From the NCBI GenBank assembly GCA_964016885.1, contig OZ024743.1, positions 42,284,001 to 42,348,000 of the forward strand: a stretch of DNA of 64,000 nt, in the 5' to 3' direction. The stretch is from Eledone cirrhosa. Taxonomy: Eukaryota. The notes under the pieces were generated by a model. That model was not told the origin of the DNA, ran no database searches, and was given only the letters and a program-made list of their open reading frames with translations. Positions within the stretch are counted from its first letter, which is position 1. Each line of letters opens with the position of its first letter. Below are positions 51,413-64,000 of the stretch, piece by piece. A program made the translations under genes and the position numbers.

Positions 51413-54400
51413 ATATAGATATATATCGTAAAACTGTGGAAATTTCAAATGCGGAAATAGCTGTAAAACAGCCAGCTGTTACGATAATCAGAGCAAATAA
51501 TCTTCGTGACCATAACTTCTTATGAATGGGAGAACGGTCAGAAAGAAAAGTGAAGAGAGAGAGAGGGGGGAGGTGGAGAGAGGGAAAGCAAACGTTAGGA
51601 GGGAGATAGATAGAATGAAAGGAATGTAAAGGATATGATGAGGGATGGGAGAAATATATAGAGGCGGAAGTAGAGTTATAGATCGCATATATTGACATGA
51701 GGTAAGTAAAGTTGAAAAACATTAAATAATGAACTGTAGCGTCGGAAAAACACCACCTTCCCTATAGCCACATGGTTTCTTCTTCTTCTTCTTCTTCTTA
51801 AGCATTTGTGATTAACCTGACTCTTTCTCGAAGGCAGAAATGAGAGTCAGTTGAAAACCAATGTATTCGTCCATACCTAAAGAGGCAGCTTCCAGATATC
51901 AGGTTGTTTCTATTCAAAATCCCGGGTTTTAAGATGTTTCTTTAAATAGGGTTTAAGGGTTTTTCCGGGATTGCAATAATATTCCTTAACATCAATTCAC
52001 TTCATTTTCATAGGAACATTAGGTTTCTTTATGCCGAATATTGAGATAACGTTTTATTGAATCGAGTAACCCTACTTCAAAGAGACAGTGGGTATCTCCA
52101 TCTCTTACTCTCGTCGTTCTTTCCTTTTCTACTCACTCTGCCGAGATAAACCTAATCTCCCCAACGTTAAAATATTTGTTCTACTACATCAAGAGTCAAA
52201 ACTAATGTATTTCTGTATTGGTTTGCATATATCTGTCACTACTGAGTCAAAATATGCCAATAGCTCATGTCAATGTATGCAAATACTACATTTGTGGAAG
52301 CCAGCATATACATATATTGCACGGTTGGTAGATCTAGGCGCATTTTCATCCAATGCCATAATGGCTTACAATTTTTGCACTCCATGTAAATTAGAACGTA
52401 AATACGATATTGGAATGATTTGATGTTATATATGTTTATTCTAGTTTCACTGTATTGTTCTTTATATTATAGTTCTCTGCTGTACATAGAATGTGTGCGT
52501 TTGAATGCCCTTTTTATGAGACTTTGTGGGTGATTTATAATCGATGTCTATAAATAATAATGTATTAATATAATCGGGACTTAACATTGATTATTTAGGA
52601 TGCCCCAGGTTATTGTGGTGGAGACACTAATGTTTCCACCCATTCACCAATCCATTACAGATAAGCACATTTCAATACACACTCTTTCTCTGTATTATAT
52701 GTTCATCACCACTTCCACCAACAATATTTTATTTAATATTGGCATGTGAGAAACTGGTCCAGTTAATTAATTAAGCATTAACTAAAATCGTTTGGGATAT
52801 TGACCTAGCTATGATGAAATAAATGTTTATTTCAACAGGACTTGAATTCAAGAAAAAGAGATCAGATAAATTATTGGATTATAGTACTAAAATAAATTGT
52901 GCTGACGCTCTAATGTTTCTGCCAATCAATACTACCTTACGAATACACACAATCAAACGCCTTGGGCACTCTTTCTCTTTGTGCTATATGTTCTTATTCC
53001 TCTTCTCACCTGCCTTTCATTTAATATTGTCTTGTGACAAAACGTTTTACTTAATACATTTGGCATTAATCGGATTTATGTAGCCAGTTATTAATTTTAT
53101 TGATTACTTTATCCCCACCCAAGAAGACTAAATTGTTATTAAGGCTTATTTCTGTATGACATTTCCTTAAATCAAAGACTTATATAATTAAAATATGACG
53201 TGACCTACTGGTTGAAGGGATTTAAACAATCGAATCCAATCACATATTCTATTAAAATTTCATATGTATAAACTGTGAATGGATTAAGGTAAAAGACAGA
53301 AGAAGTTTCATTCGAATACCCGACTACTTTACATAATGAATCAAACCGTTTCATCATATATGCCTCTAGAATTGTAATCTGAATTATGTGCGATCTTCGA
53401 TCAGTTTCGGGAATGTGCATATCATATTTCGATCTACATCAATTGAATGCCGAATCATAATTTGTCGTATAAGTGATGCAAAATTCAACGTGGGAAAATC
53501 TATGACAGGCAGGACGAATGAGGTACAGGTACTCTCTATCCGACTACATCATGGTAAAGACACCTGCGTAGGAAACCACTCAGTGGAATCGAACAAGAGA
53601 CTTCGTGGTTGCGAAGTAAACTTCTGACTCACTTAATCTTGCTTTTTGCCAACATAATAATTATGCGTTGTGACATTGGGATAACACTCTAACTTAATAA
53701 TCACAGTATGTCTGGAACTGGCAGATAAGACAAATTTTAATATTTTATATTTACATATATATTCATAGAGTAACCACTCTTGTCATTTATATCTTTTTCT
53801 AAGTGCTTTCGAAATATTTAAATTTCGATGAAAAACAAAAATGATTCCTGTCAATCGATATAAAGACACCGATATCTATATATAGCACGAATGAGATCTG
53901 TTACCGTGTGGTATATTCAAGTGATTCAAAAGTTAATTAAGTACGAAATTGGGAACAGTTAATTGGCATACCACTAATTGCAAAGATTACCTTTCGGTTT
54001 TCTCACGAAATAGTTCATAAATTACATGAACGTATATACCGTGATCTTTTCTGACAAGTTGTTGCAGTCTATTGAACAAGGCAAGGGGTACCCCAAATCA
54101 CATAATGTCCTCAAAATTGTGTGGATTGCTAATAATTATAGATCTATGACCACAGAAAGAGCTTAATATAGGTGTGAAATTATATATTAATAAAATCAAT
54201 GGTATGGTTCAATGCTTTACACATCAAATAACTATAACATATTTAACCGAATACAAAATCAATCACCAAATGGTGGTGCCCTACCATAGGCTTAGTTTAA
54301 TGACCTGCATTACTCACTACTCTGAACGTACAGAAGAGTCGCCCTTACACCAGGCTTTGATATACGTTTCAACGTTATAAGAACCTGTCAGAAGAGCCAG

Positions 54401-54744
54401 GCAGCAGTAGGTCTTCAGATAGAAACTCCTTTTCACCCATTTATCATCGTACTGACTAAATGAGCCGGGCTCCATCGAAGTGATGACTCATGAGTGCCCT
54501 TCTAATAAAATTTAGCATGTTGGATATCGGAGATTGCTTATATGCTTCAGACTTATGGAGATTAGTTTGATAAGATCGAGCTGGCACTTCTCTTCGTTAG
54601 CTTTACTTTCAAACTTATTTTCAAACGCTTTCTTGAGATGGAAATATAGCGTCGCGAGCTATGGTAGTGGTAAGACGAAAGCAGTGTCACTGCCCTCCTT
54701 CTGGGATAAATTAAAATAATGCCTTCAAACGCTATGCGGCTCAT

Positions 54745-55075
54745 CTGCGTTCCTTTTCGGCCAGATTCACCTGGAACTCTTCGTCACTACCTCTGATATT
54801 GGATTAAAGGCTTTGGATCTGTATTTTTCCAGGGACTGAAAGTTGTTTTATGAGATTGTATGTAGATACGTTCACAAAACCTCTGGGTCTAAATGCTATT
54901 GCGAGAACACTCACCCGGAAGTTGGCTCCCTCGCATTGTCAGGCAAACTGGGGTATTTCTTTGTCTTGAAGACAGGTGATTCTTCTATTTGACTTTTGAA
55001 TCGCACGGTGAGTGATTTCAATCAAAATGAGCTGTTTTACTGAAATGGAATGGAGTATGTTATGGCTTCCGGTCA
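54745..55075 (-). mobile_element. Decayed restriction-like endonuclease domain of an R2-group (HERO-like) LINE
   Basis: With frameshifts reads SISVKQLILIEIT...KTKKY...CEGANFRVSVLAIAFRPRGFV...EVVTKSSR*IWPKR. Confidence 0.6.
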
Positions 55076-55826
55076 CATATATCAATACATATAGATAAAT
55101 ATATATATATAATATATAAATAAATATATTTATATAAATAAATAAATAAATATATATATATATATTCCGAACATAATTGGTAATGCATACTTTGGTAATA
55201 GATTTCTATTTAATATTAAAAAATGTATTATAGGAAATTAATTTTGAGTAGGTGAAGGTTCGGTTTCTGAAGTTATTTTACATTGAAATATTGGAGAGTT
55301 GCGTCTATCATATTGTTATGTTTTCCACAGATATTTAATTGTTTAGCTCGTGACAGCAAATATATCCAAAACCTATTATGCTTTATACAAATCTATTATG
55401 CATTCAAAAATTATTATGAATAAACATAATTTCAAGTCAATTTTTAAATATGGTTTTCCCATTAGTAGCATAGATTTTTTAACAACACATTTTAATTTCT
55501 ATTACCGATGAATCTGAAAGCTAACAGCTATGTGTTTATTCAATCAAATATTTTCAGCTAATTAGAAAACTTACTTGATTGAAGTTATTTTTTACACTTT
55601 ATATAATTGTGTTTCGATTTATTAATATACAAGTCACACAATCTTCAAGGCTTCCGATGAATTTTGTAAAAACAAATGATTTTAAAGACGTTATCTGTAT
55701 ATTTACACAACCACGTAAAATGCTTATATATATATAAATATGTTGGCGTGTGCCCGTTTTTGTATGTATACTCATGCTTACAGATATTTATATGCAGACA
55801 CATACACACACACACACATACACACA

Positions 55827-55891
<65 letters not shown>

Positions 55892-55899
55892 TTATATAT

Positions 55900-56810
55900 A
55901 TATATATATATATATATAAAACTGAGGATGTCTGTCTGTGTGTGTGTGAGTTTGAATTCCTAAAACTAGAGAAGCACCCAACTGACTGTTTTCAAAGTTT
56001 ACACATGTAATACTTATGTTTCATGGAGTTTTTGAGCCAAAAAGATGTCAAATGTTCAATTCCCTGGGGACCGCATTAGGCTATTTAGCAATATCTCTCT
56101 ATAATTCTTAGTCTTTCTCTTTTTAGATAGATACATACATATTACGTCGCGCCGTTATAATATCTGTATGTATGCCTGGATGTCTGCATTACGTCACTTC
56201 CCTGAGGATGTCTGTGTGTGTGTGTGTGAGTTTGAATCCCTAAAACTCGAGAAGTACCCAACCGATTGTTTTCAAAATTCACATGTGTATTACTTATGTT
56301 TCAGGGAGTGTTATGCACATACACAATTAAAATTTTTAATCTCCTAGCGCCAGCATTAGGTGAAAAACTCCGTTTTTTAAGCTTTTTAGAGTTTTTTTGA
56401 GGGGCTATGTCAGACCGATTTCCTTGAAATTATAACTATGTATAAGTCAGCCTCTTCTTCATATCATGAGCAAAGAAAATCCAACTTGTTTATGGCCTAG
56501 GATCCGCATTAGGTGAAAAACTTCATTTTTTCATACTTTTTAGGGCTTTTTGGATGCGTTACGTCTAGCCGATTTTTCCCGAAATTTCAAGGCATATTAT
56601 GCATATAAAAAGAATTCATTTTCTTGATCCCCTAGGACCCGCATTTTTCCTGCTTCATCGAGAAAAATCTTAAAGATTATCCATCCATCAGTGTATTCGG
56701 TTTATTTTCTTTACATATTGTCCAGGCATGCAGTTTTTCCACGATTAGGTCTGTTGGCGGCCCGCGTTCCAAAATACCTTATCTCGTGCAACGCCGGGTA
56801 CCACTGCTCG
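55900..56810 (+). mobile_element. Non-autonomous Helitron (termini related to 29513-30460)
   Basis: 5' tatataaaactgaggatgtctgtctg; 3' ctcgtgcaacgccggg taccactg CTCG|t (CTAG-like). Internal duplication 55923-56030 / 56202-56310. Confidence 0.7.
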
Positions 56811-56812
56811 TA

Positions 56813-56848
<36 letters not shown>

Positions 56849-57113
56849 CATATATATATTTGAGTTGTCTCTCTTTTTCTCTCTTTACGTTGCATTACTA
56901 CCATGTTGTTTGTTTACTTTCCCTATCCAATTCGCTCTGTCCCATTACTTATTTTAGTTATTGCTCCCACTGATTTTCAGGTATCTGGTCTTTAATTCGA
57001 AGAAATACCAATGATAGTCAGCAGACCACTGATGATGGACAGTCCCGTTTTTCGGTCTACTTTCATTCATATGTATCACACTCGCAACAACGCAGCACTC
57101 TGTTTTTTCATTC

Positions 57114-57184
<71 letters not shown>

Positions 57185-57197
57185 CATATATATATAT

Positions 57198-57515
57198 TTA
57201 ATATAGAAAAGCTTCTACAGGACTAGAACTGTTCATTCATACGAAATCATCAAGAAGCTGACTGTCCAAGTAAATATAGTGGTATTTATATATTTTCTTG
57301 TGGTAGGAGAGGGTGGTGTTTGGGATGGGTGGAGGTCTTTTATTGATGGGTTTAAAGAAAAGGGAATTCTTTAAAAGCTAATTATTTTTTAAAGTGACAA
57401 AGGCAGAAAGAATACTATAAACAAGTTCAGATTGGAGGACCACTCTTTATTTTTAAGCTTCTCTGAAGCTAACAATGCCTGTATTCCAGGTGTCTACAGG
57501 ATGGGTGGAGGTCTG
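57198..57515 (-). mobile_element. Family D terminus with HHR at 57211-57258
   Basis: gcttc-TTGATGA-tttc gtat gaat-GAAC-AG ttctagtc CT-GTA-gaagc. Confidence 0.75.
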
Positions 57516-57830
57516 AACAAACTCTCTGAACACTGCCCGTATTGCATGCACAAAAACTTTGCAACTTTCAAATATCTCAGGCCAGTATTGATGCCGGATG
57601 GCTATAAAAACTTCCTTCAAAAAAAAACTTCATTCGACAAAATATCCCCTCCACCTCAATCCCACCCTAGCCCCGCCCCCATCTCGACCCGCCTCACGGC
57701 ACTATGGTTATGTAAGTAGCTCATACCTATCTGCTTTTCCCACACGTATAACATACTTCTTTGAATGCATGTATATAGATTTGTGTATATATGTATGTGT
57801 GAATCATGTACGTATCATGTATGTATCCCA

Positions 57831-58401
57831 GTACAACCTGTCTCATAGTCGGGTCGTTGGCGACTAAACTGGCAACCCCACCAAGGTTTCTTGGTGAGGA
57901 GGGTGGCTTTGGACATCCTGCAGGACTAAAAACAAAATCTGTCAAAGGGAAAAGGAGCTCTTAAGAGTCAATGGCCATCCAAAATCACCGGGAGAGATGA
58001 CCCCTTAGCCTTTGTCAAGGCAGAATTCTAGGAGAAGAAAAACTCTGATATAACACCTGCAATGCTGATGGCATCCAATGATGTTGACTTGTTCTTCTTT
58101 TTGGTAAATATCATCTTGGTTAAGAGAGCGGGACTGGCTTTGTGCAGTTCCTTTGTTCACTATAAAAGCTTCACGGCACAGGCATTGCTTTATATCTGGA
58201 GATCTCTCTGCACTTGTCATCACATGGTACCATGGGCCCAGCACTGTGTCAGTAATTGTCACAAGTGTTGTATTTGTACCAGAGTTTTCAAGTTGCTGGC
58301 TGGACTAAAAAGTCACACTCGTTCAGCGAATCGGTAGGGGTTCTCCTACATGGATATAAAGTAGTGGTCGTACTCGAAAACGAGTTGGCAGCCACCACCA
58401 T
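57831..58401 (+). mobile_element. Short internally deleted RTE-like element
   Basis: 5' region shared with 12830-12983; 3' C2H2-like CICTRVFKLLAGLKSHTRS followed by a short hairpin (ctcgaaaacgag) and tail. Confidence 0.55.
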
Positions 58402-59454
58402 GTACGTATGTATATGTTTATGTATATGATTATGTATGTCTATGTGTTTGTATATAAATATATTTGCCTGTTCTTGTGTTCGAAATGAATTATTGACTTG
58501 ATATTTTTCCTTTTTTCCTCTCTATACATTGCTTCACCGATAGTGTCTATTTACATGTCTTTCTCCTTCTCCACCCACTTGTTTTAATCCCAATAACTTA
58601 TTTTAGTTATTGATTCGCCCTGGGCTGAGGTATCTTGTCTTTAACGCGAAGAAATATCTATGATGCCTAGTAGACGACTAATTTTTCATAATATCTGTTA
58701 GACACGCAGTGACAAACAACAGAATGTTTTATGTCTGCGTGTCTGATATATATGTGTAGCTTGTGAATAAAAGATTCAAGGGGTGTTGCTGGCTGTGGTG
58801 ATGCCTGCCAAACATGTTTTGTAATGTATCGTCTTATTGGCTAAGTTCATCGTCTTATTGGCTAACCAACCAACGATAGTAATTGTTGCTCAAAAGCATC
58901 CGCCATTTTGTTTGCATGTTTATTTATCGTTTCGCTTTCGAATCTTCCTCCTGTATTTCGTCGTTATATCATCAAAACATTTTTCTGGTTTTGGTAAGTT
59001 ATATTGTTAATTTATTTATGTATATAATTTTTATAATTTATATTAATTATTTTTTATCCAGTTCATAAATAACATACTTATAATATTGGTTGTATCATAT
59101 TTACTTATATATTTGTCCATATTATTATTCTTTTATGTTAGATTATTTAATTTTATTATGTTAGATTATTTTTGTATTAATATGTTAGACTATTTGTATC
59201 TAATATTTAATTTTATTAAGTCAACTATAACAATTATTATGTAAAATATATTTATTTAATATTGATTGTTTTTTGTAGTTGTTTATATTAAAAGTCTGAA
59301 AATATTTTTATACATCTTATAATAATATTTATAAGATCATTTATAAAACAACAATTATATAATCTAATTACATTACAACGATAATTTATTATTAATATAT
59401 ATATAGCATGTTTAGCTAGAGTTATTACAAGCGTTGCTCTAAAAAGAATAATAA

Positions 59455-59642
59455 ACTAGTCCTGAAATATGCGCAACTCAAAAGAGCCACATTATGTTAT
59501 AATAAACCTTCAAAATGGTGCCACAGATCATAAGATAGATAATGATTACAATATTTTTTAGCAACAACTATAGTCCGACACTTTTGAAGGTCTATTATAA
59601 CATTCTGTGGTTCTTTTGAGCTTGCGCATTTTTCAGGTCTAG

Positions 59643-59643
<1 letters not shown>
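59455..59643. repeat. Diverged fold-back abutting the giant TA array
   Basis: Arms 59455-59520 / 59580-59643. Confidence 0.8.
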
Positions 59644-61858
<2,215 letters not shown>

Positions 61859-61861
<3 letters not shown>

Positions 61862-62035
61862 CGAAGGAAATGTGGTAAGGAACCAGGTGGACCATAACGC
61901 ACCAAAGTACTCAATACTTGAGGTAGTAGAGTGGGTAATAGGAACCAGTAAGACCCCGACAGCTGAGCTCAAGCCGTTTCGTCCAGAATTAGCCGTCGAA
62001 ACGGCTTGAGCTCAGCTGTCGGGGTCTTACTGGTT

Positions 62036-62040
<5 letters not shown>
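61859..62040 (-). mobile_element. Family B terminus with fold-back 61938-62040
   Basis: Near-identical to 23997-24205, with a shorter centre. Confidence 0.85.
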
Positions 62041-62990
<950 letters not shown>

Positions 62991-63116
62991 TATATATATG
63001 TGTGTATGTTCATATATGTGTATGTGTATATATATATATATGTGTGTGTGTGTATATATACATATATATATATATATGTGTGTATATATATACATATATA
63101 TATGTGTGTGTGTGCG

Positions 63117-63144
<28 letters not shown>

Positions 63145-63147
<3 letters not shown>

Positions 63148-63410
63148 CACAATAATAAAAACTATGTTCACATAATTTCATTGCTGACAATCGTTTCTTC
63201 CAAACTTTCATTTGGAATCATCGGAGCACTAGCAATGTTTGTACATATAATCAAGCTCCTATTCAACTGAACAATCATATAGATACATGGATATAGGAGG
63301 TTTATTATATTACAAACAGTGCTAGTGCTCCGATTATTGCAAACGAAAGATTGGAAGAAACGATTGCCTACAATAAAATGATTTCAACATAGCTTTGAAT
63401 ATTGTGTAAT
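63145..63410. mobile_element. Diverged fold-back with an HHR in each arm (63182-63228 on -, 63326-63372 on +)
   Basis: tgct-CCGATGA-ttccaaa tgaaag tttggaa-GAAAC-gatt-GTC-agca. Confidence 0.75.
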
Positions 63411-63580
63411 TTATATAACCTAATCTGTAAAACATCTAATCTATTTACATTGAGCCATTTTTCTTACTGGTAATAAGGTAGTAATGAATTACTGACCTTT
63501 GCGGTTTATAGTTGTATATAGTGTATACATAACCATAAATAATATTATATATATCTATATATATCTATTTATATATATAT

Positions 63581-63668
<88 letters not shown>

Positions 63669-63698
63669 AAGTTTCGGTTGAAGTGCCAGAGCTAAATT

Positions 63699-63866
63699 TA
63701 ATGTATAATGAACAATACAATATTACCAAAGGTTTCCCGAATACACATTACCAAAGGTTTCCCGAATAAGACTAATACGGAAAACGATCTAATGCGTTCG
63801 TCGGATGCCTTATCGGGAAACCTCTGGGATTGAGGTAATTATATTGTATTGTTTATTATACATTAT
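63699..63866. repeat. Fold-back carrying an HHR 3' half
   Basis: Arms aatgtataatgaacaatacaatat / atattgtattgtttattatacatt; GAAAC-CTC-tgggatt-GAG-GTA at about 63817-63837. Confidence 0.7.
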
Positions 63867-64000
63867 ATATATATATAGAGAGAGAGAGATTATTATGTAT
63901 AGAAGATTATATTAATAAAAGGAATTCCAACTTTGTCTGATTTACTCGTTTTATTTACAATCCTTTAAAATTATTAGTATGGTAGAATATTAAATGTTAA

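Overview
AT-rich eukaryotic non-coding DNA, saturated with (TA)n/(CA)n/(GA)n microsatellites. The SINE types and repeat density suggest a cephalopod (Octopus-like) genome; this is an inference. No host protein-coding gene can be supported, and nearly all long ORFs are microsatellite artefacts. The window is dominated by decayed Penelope-like retroelements (PLEs; YRDD-type RT and GIY-YIG fragments) inserted into (TA)n tracts. It also holds decayed RTE, Ingi/Vingi-like and HERO-like LINE pieces, tRNA-type SINEs, a mariner fragment and two non-autonomous Helitrons. The most striking unexplained structure is an RNA one: about 20 type I hammerhead-ribozyme (HHR) motifs from roughly ten families, and more than 20 fold-back inverted repeats, several turning or truncating at HHR stem II or the cleavage site. 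Two apparently non-coding HHR units have retrozyme/PLE architecture: a young 2816-nt unit at 13073-18338 and a 520-nt unit at 38170-38881. All structures were read by eye; none was computed or searched.
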